From Mobula hypostoma (Eukaryota): a stretch of 64,000 nt of DNA. The notes under the pieces were generated by a model. It had not been told where the DNA came from, did not search any database, and was given only the letters and a program-made list of their open reading frames with translations. The DNA lies in the NCBI RefSeq assembly GCF_963921235.1, contig NC_086108.1, positions 96,288,001-96,352,000 of the forward strand. Direction: 5' to 3'. The position numbers and the translations under genes were made by a program. Below, one piece after another: positions 36,208 to 48,474 of the stretch (positions within the stretch are counted from its first letter, which is position 1; each line of letters opens with the position of its first letter).

Positions 36208-39140
36208 GCGTAGAAGCAAAAAGTACAAAGGAGAAAAGTAAAAGTGGCAGGCCGACAAATCCAGGGCAAGCATTAAAAAGGGCCACTTTTCAACATAATT
36301 GTATAAGGGCTAAGAGAGTTGTAAAAGAGCGCCTGAAGGCTTTATGTGTCAATGCAAGGAGCATTCATAATAAGGTGGATGAATTGAAAGTGCAGATTGT
36401 TATTAATGATTATGATATAGTTGGGATCACAGAGACATGGCTCCAGGGTGACCAGGGATGGGAGCTCAACGTTCAGGGATATTCAATATTCAGGAGGGAT
36501 AGACATGAAGGAAGGGGAGGTGGGGTGGCGTTGCTGGTTAAAGAAGAGATTAACGCAATAGAAAGGAAGGACATAAGCCGGGAAGATGTGGAATCGATAT
36601 GGGTAGAGCTGCGTAACACTAAGGGGCAGAAGATGCTGGTGGGAGTTGTGTACAGGCCACCTAACAGTAGTAGTGAGGTCGGAGATGGTATTAAACAGGA
36701 AATTAGAAATGTGTGCAATAAAGGAACAGCAGTTATAATGGGTGACTTCAATCTACATGTAGACTGGGTGAACCAAATTGGTAAAGGTGCTGAGGAAGAG
36801 GATTTCTTGGAATGTATGCGGGATGGTTTTTTGAACCAACATGTCGAGGAACCAACTAGAGAGCAGGCTATTCTGGACTGGGTTTTGAGCAATGAGGAAG
36901 GGTTAATTAGCGATCTTGTTGTGAGAGGCCCCTTGGGTAAGAGTGACCATAATATGGTGGAATTCTTCATTAATATGGAGAGTGACATAGTTAATTCAGA
37001 AACAAAGGTTCTGAACTTAAAGAGGGGTAACTTTGAAGGTATGAGACGTGAATTAGCTAAGATAGACTGGCAAATGACACTTAAAGGATTGACGGTGGAT
37101 ATGCAATGGCAAGCATTTATAGGTTGCATGGATGAACTGCAACAATTGTTCATCCCAGTTTGGCAAAAGAATAAATCAAGGAAGGTAGTGCACCCGTGGC
37201 TGACAAGAGAAATTAGGGATAGTATCAATTCCAAAGAAGTAGCATACAAATTAGCCAGAGAAAGTGGCTCACCTGAGGACTGGGAGAAATTCAGAGTTCA
37301 GCAGAGGAGGACAAAGGGCTTAATTAGGAAGGGGAAAAAAGATTATGAGAGAAAACTGGCAGAGAACATAAAAACGGACCGTAAAAGCTTTTATAGATAT
37401 GTAAAAAGGAAAAGACTGGTAAAGGCAAATGTAGGTCCCCTGCAGACAGAAACAGGTGAATTGATTATGGGGAGCAAGGACATGGGAGACCAATTGAATA
37501 ATTACTTTGGTTCTGTCTTCACTAAGGAGGACATAAATAATCTTCCAGAAATAGTAAGGGACAGAGGGTCCAGTGAGATGGAGGAACTGAGTGAAATACA
37601 TGTTAGTAGGGAAGTGGTGTTAGGTAAATTGAAGGGATTGAAGGCAGATAAATCCCTAGGGCCAGATGGTCTGCATCCTAGAGTGCTTAAGGAAGTAGCC
37701 CAAGAAATAGTGGATGCATTAGTGATAATTTTTCAAAACTCATTAGATTCTGGACTAGTTCCTGAGGATTGGAGGGTGGCTAATGTAACCCCAATTTTTA
37801 AAAAAGGAGGGAGAGAGAAACCAGGGAATTATAGACCGGTTAGCCTAACGTCGGTGGTGGGGAAACTGCTGGAGTCAGTTATCAAGGATGTGATAACAGC
37901 ACATTTGGAAAGCGGAGAAATGATCAGACAAAGTCAGCATGGATTTGTGAAAGGAAAATCATGTCTGACGAATCTCATAGAATTTTTTGAGGATGTAACT
38001 AGTAGAGTGGATAGGGGAGAACCAGTGGATGTGGTATATTTGGATTTTCAAAAGGCTTTTGACAAGGTCCCACACAGGAGGTTAGTGTGCAAACTTAAAG
38101 CACACGGTATTGGAGGTAAGGTATTGGTGTGGGTGGAGAATTGGTTAGCAGACAGGAAGCAAAGAGTGGGAATAAACGGGACCTTTTCAGAATGGCAGGC
38201 GGTGACTAGTGGGGTGCCGCAAGGCTCAGTGCTGGGACCCCAGTTGTTTACAATATATATTAATGACTTGGATGAGGGAATTAAATGCAGCATCTCCAAG
38301 TTTGCGGATGACACGAAGCTGGGCAGCAGTGTTAGCTGTGAGGAGGATGCTAAGAGGATGCAGGGTGACTTGGATAGGTTGGGTGAGTGGGCAAACTCAT
38401 GGCAGATGCAATTTAATGTGGATAAATGTGAAGTTATCCACTTTGGTGGCAAAAATAGGAAAACAGATTATTATCTGAATGGTGGCTGATTAGGAAAAGG
38501 GGAGGTGCAACGAGACCTGGGTGTCATTATACACCAGTCATTGAAAGTGGGCATGCAGGTACAGCAGGCGGTGAAAAAGGCGAATGGTATGCTGGCATTT
38601 ATAGCGAGAGGATTCGAGTACAGGAGCAGGGAGGTACTACTGCAGTTATACAAGGCCTTGGTGAGACCACACCTGGAGTATTGTGTGCAGTTTTGGTCCC
38701 CTAATCTGAGGAAAGACATCTTTGCCATAGAGGGAGTACAAAGAAGGTTCACCAGATTGATTCCTGGGATGGCAGGACTTTCATATGAAGAAAGACTGGA
38801 TGAACTGGGCTTGTACTCATTGGAATTTAGAAGATTGAGGGGGGATCTGATTGAAACGTATAAGATCCTAAAGGGATTGGACAGGCTAGATGCAGGAAGA
38901 TTGTTCCCGATGTTGGGGAAGTCCAGAACGAGGGGTCACAGTTTGAGGATAGAGGGGAAGCCTTTTAGGACCGAGATTAGGAAAAACTTCTTCACACAGA
39001 GAGTGGTGAATCTGTGGAATTCTCTGCCACAGCAAACTGTTGAGGCCAGTTCATTGGCTATGTTTAAGAGGGAGTTAGATATGGCCCTTGTGGCTACAGG
39101 GGTCAGGGGGTATGGAGGGAAGGCTGGGGCGGGGTTCTGA
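36087..39140 (+). pseudogene. CR1 ORF2p: APE endonuclease + reverse transcriptase, one nonsense mutation
   Basis: NARS, ITETW, GGGVAL, YRPP, GDFN, SDH (endonuclease); [34 protein letters not shown] (RT). Track ORFs 36108-38489 and 38505-39140 share a frame, split by TGA 38487-38489 (CGA in sister copy, 22942-22944). Confidence 0.95.
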
Positions 39141-39699
39141 GTTGGATGATCAGCCATGATCATAATAAATGGCGGTGCAGGCTCAAAGGGCCGAATGGCC
39201 TACTCCTGCACCTATTTTCTATGTTTCTATGTTTCTATATCAAAGTCCTGTTGTAACCTACGACAACCTTCTACCCGAGTCACAACACCACCAAACTTTA
39301 TGACATGATGGGCTGAAGGCCTGTTTCCACTCTAAATCAGAGATGAATCCTGTCAGTAGCTACTGAGTTATTCAGTAATACTCTCAGTCTTACTCCCTGG
39401 GGAAGACAGGTAATCTTCCAGATTTAGTGAGATGCACATTTACCAGTCACTGAAGTATGTGTCAAGTGAGAATGTAACACAGCTGGGTACCTTGTGGGCT
39501 AATCTGGGTGTGCAGCAAATGGATCTTGCAGGGCGAGAGCCTTTTGAAAACAACAAAGTCTCAGTAGGACTGAGTCATTGCTTGAAGTAGCAAGTGGAGA
39601 GTCACCATTTGCAGGACGGGATCCTTTTTGAAACTGCAAGTCTCATCAGGAGCGCGTATCATTTGAGCCAATAAAAAGAAAGGAGTTGTAAGTGGAGGT

Positions 39700-41360
39700 G
39701 CCACTGTTGGAGTGGGACAGTGTTAGAGTGGCCCGGCTTTGTCTCAACAAGTTTCGACAAGAGAAAGCTTGGGCAAGCATAGGTGGAGGTTCTAGGTAAG
39801 CTTCCAGTAAGTTTTTCTTTTCTGTTAGTACATAGCAAGTGCGCTGAGAATGGGTCCAGAGTTCGTGGTACAGTATGTTCCTTGTGTGGGATGAGCGAAC
39901 TTTGGGAGAACTCCACTCTCCCTAATAACTAAATCTGTACAAAGTGCACCAAGCTGCAGCTTGATGACCTGCGGCTCATATCGGAGCATGAGGAGATGAT
40001 AGGTAGGAGCTACAGGGAGGTAGTCAGTCCTAAACTGCAGGAGGCATGTACCTGGGTGACTGTCAGGAGAGGGAAAGGGAATAGGCAGCCAGTGCAGAGT
40101 ACCCCTGTGGCCAGTCCCCTCAATGATAACTGCTTTCAATACTGTTGGGAGGGACAAACTACCAAGGAGAAGCCACAGTAAGCGGCTTGCTGTTACCGAG
40201 TCTGCCACTATGGCTCTGAGGGAAGGTGGGAGAACAGGGGTGCAGTAGTAATAGAGGATTCCACAGTTAGGGGAGTAGGCAGCAGATTCTGTGGATGTGA
40301 TAAAATTACCCAGATGGTATTTTGCCTCCCAGGTGCCAGGATCAGGGATGCCTTGGATTGGGTCCATGTCATTCTAAAGGGGAAGGGCGAGCAGCCAGAA
40401 GTCTTGCTACATATTGGTACTAATGACATAAGTAAGAAATAGGAGGAAGTCCTGAAGAGAGAATACAGGGAGTTAGGTAGAAAACCGACACATGGGACTT
40501 CCAGGGTAGTATCCTCTAGATTGCAGTCTGTGCCGTGCGCCAGTGAGGGTAAGAATAGGATGGCAGCTGAGTAGGATGATAGGATATTAATGGCTTTGTG
40601 GCCAGGTTTGTGGACAATGCAATGATAGCTGGAAGGGTAGGTAGCATTGAGGCAACAGGGAGGCTGGACAGATTAGAATGGACAAAGAAGTGGCAGATGG
40701 AATACAGCGTCAGGAAGTGTGGGGTCATTCGTTTTAGTAGAAGGAGTAAAGGCAGAGACTACTTTCGAGACAGAGAAAATTTAAAAAATCCAAGGTGCAA
40801 AGGGACTTGAGAGTACTTACGCAGGAGCCCCTGAAGGTTAACTTGCAGGCTGAGTCAGTAGTGAAGAAAGCAAGTGCAGCGTTAGCGTTCATTTTGACAG
40901 GACTAGGAAGGGCGGGATGCGGGGCTTTCAAAGGCACTGGTAAGGCTGCACTCGTGAGCGGTTCTGGGCCCCCGTGGGTCTGTGCTCGCAGGAGTTTAGA
41001 AGAATGTGGGGTAGGGTCACCTATCAAATATTGAAACCTATCAAATACTAAAAGGTCTGGATAAACTGCACATAGGGAGGATGTTTCCTATATTGGGTGA
41101 TTCTAGGACCAGCGGGCACAGTCTCAGACTAGAGGGATGTCCATTTATAGTAAATGTAGTAAATGTTTGGAATTCAGTGCCACAGCTGATGGTGGAGACC
41201 AAGTCACTGGGTATTATTAAAGCAGAAGTTGATAGGTACTTGATTAATAAGGGTATAAAGGTTTATGGGGACAAGGCAGGAGAATGCGGTTGAGGGGGAT
41301 CGGGAATGATAGAACGAACTCGATGGGCTGAATGGTCTAATTCTGCTCCTATGGCTTATA
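39700..41360 (+). mobile_element. Old, degraded, internally deleted CR1 (ORF1 remnant joined to RT C-terminus and tail)
   Basis: WVTVRRGKG..QSTPVA, CLPGARI and HIGTNDI remnants; jumps to the FADD-like region near 40590; QRDL..; CR1-type 3' end. Confidence 0.85.
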
Positions 41361-42189
41361 GTCATATGGATCCACGTGAAATGTGGTCTGACTAAAATCA
41401 CGTGTACTTGGAGCTTTGTAATAACTGTGGTAGACCCGTTTCATTAGTGTGGTGAGAACCCAGACGGATGGCAAGATCAGATAGATCATTGACTTTGTGG
41501 AGGAAGATAGGGTTTTGGATTAAGATCTTACGCAAAGGAAAGCCAGAATCACAATATGCACTCACCTATAACAGACCCTGAACCTCAGCCAAGGTTAAAC
41601 TCAAATATCTGGGATGGGATTAGAACCCAGAGGTTTCTGACTCGGAGCCCAGACTGTTAGTCATTGACCTAAGGCAGTTCCTGCTCTCCCTGAAGAGTGG
41701 CATTGTTAATCAAGGAAAGCCATGTTGGTGTTCTGCACAAGTTTCTATCAGACTATCTAAGCAAAGGGACTTAACTGTCCACCTAATGTCAACATCATTT
41801 CACCAAATTACAGAAATTCCCTCTGTTAGAATCATTGTCTTCCCAACCTTTTGTGCTCCATTGTCTAACTTGCTTCCTTTTCTCATTTCTTTATGAAAAG
41901 TCTTCAACCTAAAGCATTAAGTCTGTTCCTCTTTCCACAGGTGCTGCCCTATCTGCTGCGTATTTTCAGAATTTTGTGATTTTATTGCAGTTTTGCACCA
42001 TTTGCCAGTTTATGATTTTTTTTTCTCTCTCTCTCACACAGAGAGGAGGCAGGTTTAAAAGTGACTCTTTTGACCACAGGCCCATGATGGGGAGGACAGG
42101 AATAACCTGAGGTACAATGCCCACTATCAAGAGGAGGTCAAATTGCGGCACCACCACCATAGGCAAAATCTCTGAGCTGAGAGCCCAGA

Positions 42190-43200
42190 ACATAGAACAT
42201 TAAATAGCAACCCAGGAACAGGCCCTTTTGCCCACCATGTCTCTGCTAGCTAGGTCAATTTTTACTAACCTTCTCTGGCTGCACAAGATCCATATTCCTC
42301 TATTTCCTGTCTGTTAATCTGCCTGCCTGTCTAAATGATTCTTAAATGCAATTATGGTGTTTCAGCTTCCACCACCTCCTAGACAGCTTCATCCACATAT
42401 CTGCCACTCAACATAAAAAACTTACCTCATAAATATCCTTTAAAATTTCCCCTTTCACCTTAAATCTTTGCTCTCTAGTATTGAATTGACATTTAGCATT
42501 TGACATTTCCACCCTGGGAAGAAGTTTCTGACTATCTACCCTACCCATGTTCCTCATAATTTTATATACATCTTTCTGATTGCCTCTCACATGAATCCTG
42601 ATGAAGGGTCAAGCCTGAAAAGTCAGCTGTTCATTTCCCTCCATAGATCCCACCTGACCCACTCAGCTCCTCCATGGTGTGTGTGTCTCTCAAGATTTCC
42701 AGCATCTGTAGAATGTCTTGCGTCTTTTTTTTATATATATACTGAATGTCACAGACAACAGTGGTCCCAGCGCTGTTCCCTGTAGCCCATGCCTGTTCAC
42801 AGACCTCCTGTCAGAATAAAACCCTTCCACCACTACCCTCTGTCTACGATGTTTGATCCTATTTTGATTCCAGTTCTCCATGTCCCCCATGTGCTTAATC
42901 TTCTGGACTGCCTACCAAGAAGGATCTTGGCTAAGGTTTTACTGAAGTCTATGTATACAACATTCACTTCCCTCCCCTCTTCAATCATCTTTGCCTTTTC
43001 TGCAACAAGCTCAATTATATTTGTAAGCCATTACTTCCTGCATTCAAAGCCATTCTGATAATCCCTAATAAGTATGTGCCTTTTCTGATTTGAGTAGATC
43101 CTATCCCTAAGAATCATCTCCAATAATTTCCCCACCACTGATGTAAGGCTGACTGGCCAGTAGTTTACTGGATTTTCTCATTGTCTTTTTTTAATCAGAG
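42190..43200 (-). mobile_element. CR1 fragments with a nested Penelope tail (about 42590-42730, +)
   Basis: Antisense tail GAACATAGAACAT; RRQRVVVEG; the insert carries CCTGATGAAGGGTC. Confidence 0.7.
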
Positions 43201-43610
43201 GAGCAGTCCTCTGTTTAAGGGCAATTCTCTAGTCCTTTGTATTGAACAGCAGCTTGAGCTTATATTAAGAAAAATAAACAGGGCACAAAAGGTATTCAAA
43301 CTCTTTATTCATGAGGGTCTTGAACAGGTAAATAGTGTTATGTCACATCTCCATGACCATGGTCCCAGAAACAGGAGAAGAATGAGAGACTCTGCTGTCT
43401 CATCAGGAGCAATAATTGAATTCTGTTCAAGTAGAAAAGTGACTAGTCGCTATGAACATGGATTATTGACAGCTTAGTACAGGCCATTCAGCCCACAATG
43501 GTGTGCCAACCCCTTATCCTACTCTGAGATCAATCTAATCCTTCCCTCCCACAAAGCCCTCCATTTAGTTTTCATCCATGTACCTCTCTAAGAGTCTCTT
43601 ACATGTCCCT

Positions 43611-44536
43611 CACAACACGCTGGAGGAACTCAGTAGGTCGGACAGCATCCATGGAAACGATGAGTCAACATTTCGGGCTAGAACCCTTTGTCAGGACTTG
43701 ACGAAGGGTTCCGGCCCGAAACGTTGACTCTTTTCTTTTTTAAATCTTTTTGTTAAATTAGTACACAAAAAGTAAACCATGTAGACACTAATACACTGTT
43801 GCAATATAAATTTGCAAGAGATATTAATACACAAAAAAAGTTAGTACAAACAGTGCAGTTTAGATATAACAAGGTAATATAATAGTATACTAATTTTCCA
43901 TACATATCAGTAAAGAGAAGAAAAAACCCAAAAAACCCACCAAGCAACTAATCTAAAAAGCAATGGGCTAACTAGGTAACAAGTAGACTTAAACAACTTA
44001 AAACAATCACATCCTCAAACCCGACCTCTATTAAAAAGTTAAAAAAGCAAGAAGGGAATGTAAATATGGGCAAAGAGAAAAAAAATTACATTAAATGAAA
44101 ATGTTGAATAAAAGGTCTCCAGGTCTGTTCAAATTTAACTGAAGTATCATAAAGATTACTTCTAATTTTCTCCAAATTTAAACATAGTATCATCTGAGAA
44201 AACCAAAAGAACATAGTTGGGGCATTAATCTCTTTCCAATGTTGTAAAATACATCTTTTCACCATTAAAGTAAGAAATGCAATCATTCTACGGGCTGAAG
44301 GGGAAAGATTACTGGAAATTTTAGGTAATCCAAAGATAGCGGTAATAGGATGGGGAGAAATATCTATATTCAATGCCTTTGAAATAATATTAAAAATGTC
44401 TTTCCAAAAAGTTTCCAAAGTAGGACAGGACCAGCGAAACGTTGACTCATCGTTTCCACGGATGCTGCCCGACCTGCTGAGTTTCTCCAGCATGTTGTGA
44501 GTGTTGCTTTGATCCCAGCATCTGCAGATTATTTCG
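43611..44536. mobile_element. Penelope-derived inverted (palindromic) insertion with two hammerhead motifs
   Basis: 43611-43697 is the reverse complement of 43698-43730 plus 44449-44500; 14-bp TSD TCTTACATGTCCCT at 43597-43610 and 44537-44550. Confidence 0.88.
43731..44434 (-). mobile_element. 5'-truncated L1-clade LINE (ORF2 C-terminus, 3' UTR, poly(A))
   Basis: WSCPTLETFWKDIF..KRCILQHWK..LNLEKIR..FEQTWRPFI is typical of fish L1 ORF2; T-tract at 43731; 14-bp TSD CGAAACGTTGACTC at 43717-43730 and 44435-44448. Confidence 0.9.
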
Positions 44537-45299
44537 TCTTACATGTCCCTAATGTATCTTCCTCTACCACCTCCTCTGACAGTGCATTGCATGCATTTAC
44601 CACAGTGAGAGAAACCTATTTCTGACATCCCCTCTATACTTTCTCCAAACACTTTAAAGTTACACCTCTTCAGATTAACCACTTCTGCCCTAGATATACT
44701 CTATCTGCGCCCAATAAGCCTTGACTAATGAAGTGAAGAATTAAACTGCATATCGCCAGCATTTTACCATAGGCTCAGGAAGTCTTAAGGAGTTTCGAAC
44801 TCTAAGAACTGTATTGTCTTGGCAAATGATGTAAACGAGCAGAGTGACTCTATAGTCACAGCATGCTCACTAATCCTGTGAAACCAGATGGGGGGAGTGT
44901 CTCGGATCAAGTGGAGTTAGACTCCACTCAGACTGGGGCTTTGGCACTGACCATCGAGCAGCATTGGCAGCTGATGTTTATTGTCTCTTCTTTATCATTT
45001 ACTTGCACTGCACTTTTGCGGTAGCTTTTGCACTTTATTCTGCATTGTTATTGCTTTACCTTATTCTAGCTCAATGCACTGTGTAATGATACGATCTGTA
45101 TGAACAGTATGCAAGACAAGCTTTTCACTGCATATCGGCACATGTGACATTAAAAAAAGCAAAACCAATTGCACTGTTATGTTTTTGTAGTTGGTGCATT
45201 AACAGTGACATTTGTCGTCAAGTTCTGTGCTACAGAGGGAACATTAGGCATTATCTTTGTGGTTGAAAAGCAAAAATTGCTGGAAGTAGCAGGTTTATA

Positions 45300-45847
45300 C
45301 ACACAATGGCCACTTTATTTGGTACACCTGCTCATTAATCCAAATGTTTATTCATTGTGGTAGCAACTCAGTGCATAAAAGCATGCAGACAAGGTCAAGA
45401 GATTCAGTTGTAGTTCAGACCAAACATCAGAATAGGGAAGAAATGTGATCTGAGTGACTTTGACCATAGAATGATTGCTGGTGCCAGTGGTTTGAGCATC
45501 TCAGAAACTGCCAATCTCCTGCGATTTTTCACGTACAACAATCTCGAATTTACAGAGAACGGTGCAAAAGACAAAAAAAAAATCCAGTGAGTGGTAGTTC
45601 TGTGGATGAAATGCCTTGTAATGAGACAGGTCAGAGGGGAATGGTCAGACTGGTTTAAGCTGACAGGAAGGCGACAGTAACTCAAGTAACCGCTCGTTAC
45701 AACGGTGGTGTGCCAGAAGATCATGTCTGACTGCACAAAATGCTGAACTTGGAAGGGGATGGGCTACAGTAGCAGAAGACCATGAACATAAACTCAATGG
45801 TCTCTTTATTAGGTACAGGACGTACCTAATAAAGTGGCCACTGAGTA
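45300..45847 (+). mobile_element. Tc1-like non-autonomous DNA transposon with both TIRs
   Basis: TA|CACACAATGGCCACTTTATTTGGTAC ... GTACCTAATAAAGTGGCCACTGAGTA|TA; transposase N-terminal remnant. Confidence 0.9.
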
Positions 45848-47527
45848 TATTTGTTATCTGTTTTTAATTTTGGGAAGCACTGGCGAAAACTTTCAGGGAG
45901 ACAGAGTAAAACCATCCCTTCGCCCCACTGAGCCTGAGTCTATTATCAACCACACATTCAGACTAATCATACATTAATTCCATTTTGAGCTTTCATAAAA
46001 ACAAGGAACAAGATTCATATTAATGTGACTATCATTCTCTTACTTATTAATGATAGCAAGAAAGTAGGAATATTGATGGGTGCATCTGCACTGAACTGTG
46101 GTGAGAAGTTGAAGAGCCTTAGATTCATGACATATGTGTTCTCTCTCCCTCTCCCTCCCCCCTCCCTCCCCATTGGGTGTTTTTTTTAGACTTTTTAAAT
46201 GGGTTCTTTAGGGTTTCTTGTTTTTCAGCTGCCTGTACGGAGATGAATCTCAAGGTTGTATAATGAATACATACATTGATAATAAATGTACTTTTGAATG
46301 TTTGAACTTTTGAACAACTGTGAATCCAGAGCCAAAATCACCCTGTTATCAGAATCAGGACTGCCTGGAGAATGGAAGTGTTTCAGAGTCAAATCTGGAC
46401 TTCATACAAAGTTTATTTGACACAAGTTTAGGGTTAGTACACAGATATATCTACTTGCTCTGAAGTTAATGTAAATGCTCTATAACAAGCAAAACAATGT
46501 TGCTGGATAATGTCACGACAATGGCTATATTCCAATTCACAATCTGCATATTGCAACTTCAAGCACTGGGTAATTCTGTCCCTCTCCCATTTACATTGTC
46601 CTGCTCTACACCAACCAACATCCTGGAATCTCTTGGAAAAATGGAAATCCATGGATACGTATTCCTTCCTTGGTGCACAAGAATGTTTAGCTCCTCAATT
46701 ACTCTAAAAAAAAAAGTAGCCTATTTTGGAAAATATTTATTAATAAAAGTTTATGCTCCCTTAACCAAATTAAAGCAAGTAAACTCCAAGTGCCAATCAA
46801 AACCCCATTTGAAACTAAAACTGTGTCATAAAGATTTTGAGTAAGTTTGATCCATGGCCTGTGGTTTAAGTCCATCTGGAAGTTGACTTGAGTGAATTAA
46901 TGGGTAATACTCAGACAGCATCTGAGTTGTAGAAAGATATTCACAAATCTGAAGAGAATATATTTTGGAAACCCGGGGGGAAATCAATGAGAAGTGAAAG
47001 GAGATATGTCACTGACATTGATTCATTGCAATGGGAAAGCATTTGGCAAAAAATTAATTTGGCAGAATCTGAAGCTAGCTCTCTGCTCATACAATGCTGT
47101 AGTGTACAATATGTCTCTCTCTTGTACAAGTCAAATTATGTGATGAACAGAAATACTGGAAATCTTATAAATACACAGAGTCAATTGCAATAGTTCTGGT
47201 ACAATAGTCAAATAATTGTCTCTAAGTCCTGTGATCCTGTTCTGAATCTGAATCTCAACAAAAGTAAAGCTCCTAAAGTGGGGACAGGTTGCACTCTATT
47301 GTTTCCTTTCTTTTAAAATAATATTTTATCTTATTTGTTCATTTATAGGATTCTGGTCATCAATGGTAAGGAGAGCATTCAGTGTCCATCACTAATTGCC
47401 CGAGAAGGCAGTAGCGATCAATCTTTCTGAAAGGTGGTGATCCTGGTGAGGTAGCTCTACACAATATTGTTGGGAAGAGATGGTTTAGACCATAAAGGAG
47501 TAACAATATGGTCCAAGTTCAAATATA

Positions 47528-48474
47528 CACTCAGTGGTTACTTTATAAGGTACACTTGCTCTTTAATATAAATATCCAATCAGCCGAACATGTAGCAGCA
47601 TAAAAGCATGCAGACATAGTCAGGAAGTTCAGTTGTGCCTTATGAGAATAGGTTGAGTGAATGTGGCCTTTTCTCCTCAGAGTGACAGAGGATGAGAGGT
47701 GACTTGATGATGAGAAACATCGATCATGTAAATAACCAGAGGCTTTTTACCAAGGTTGAAATGGCTAACACGAGGGGCATAGTTTTAAGGTGCTTGGATC
47801 TAGGTACAGAGGGGGATGTCAGAGGTAAGATTTTCACACGGAGAGCGGTGGGTGTGTGGAATGCATTGCCGGCGACAGTCGTGGAGGAGAATATCACAGG
47901 GTCTTTTAAGAGACTCTTAGATAGGTACATGGAGCTTAGAAAAATAGAGGGCTATGCAGTAGGGTAATTCTAAGCAGTTTCTAGAGTAGGTTACATGGTT
48001 GGCACAACGTTGTGAGCTGAAGGGCCTGTAATGTGCTGTGGATTTCTATGTTCTAGGTTCAGACCAAACATCAGAACAGGGAAGAAGTATGATCTCTGTA
48101 AGTGACATTGACCATGGAATGATTGTTGGTGCAGGATGAGGTAGTTGGAGGATTTCAGAAACTGTAGATCTCCTGGAATTTTCATGCACAACAGTCTCTA
48201 GTGTTTACAGAGAACGGCGTGAAAAACAAAAAAAAAAAATCCTGTCAGTGTCATTGTGCGAGGAAAAAGAAACACTTTGTTAATTACAGAAATCAGAGGA
48301 GAATGGCCAGACTGGTTCAAGCTGACAGGAAGGCGACAGTAATTCAAATAACCATGTGTTACAGCAGTGGTGTGTAGAAGAACATCTTTGAATGCACAAC
48401 ACATCAAACCTTGAAGTGGATGGGCTACAGCAGCAGAAAACCAATCCTCTACCTAATAAAGTGGCTTCTGGGTG
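47528..48474 (+). mobile_element. Tc1-like non-autonomous transposon containing a CR1 3' insertion (about 47636-48055)
   Basis: TA-flanked TIRs at both ends; the insert encodes FTRRAVGVWNALP and ends TTTCTATGTTCTA. Confidence 0.85.

Larger units (their letters stand above)
34701..39238 (+). mobile_element. Near-intact full-length CR1 non-LTR retrotransposon (young copy)
   Basis: 5' UTR, ORF1 (zinc finger + SGNH esterase), ORF2 (APE endonuclease + RT, FADD motif) and (TTTCTATG)n tail at about 39216-39238. Splits an older antisense CR1 fragment (about 34552-34700 and 39239-39305). Confidence 0.97.
43478..44700 (-). mobile_element. CR1 3' fragment, outer host of the three-level nest
   Basis: Continuous antisense CR1 once 43611-44550 is removed. 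Confidence 0.8.

Noticed and set aside
36473..37249. 258-aa antisense ORF, and similar shadow ORFs over the CR1 copies
   Set aside because: Antisense shadows of a young coding sequence with no domain signal; sharing between copies reflects recent common origin.
38487..38489. In-frame TGA as selenocysteine or programmed readthrough
   Set aside because: The sister copy has CGA, so ordinary CpG deamination explains it.
44086..44493. 135-aa ORF as a novel gene
   Set aside because: Chance fusion of antisense Penelope tail (N-terminus) with the L1 ORF2 C-terminus across the TSD.
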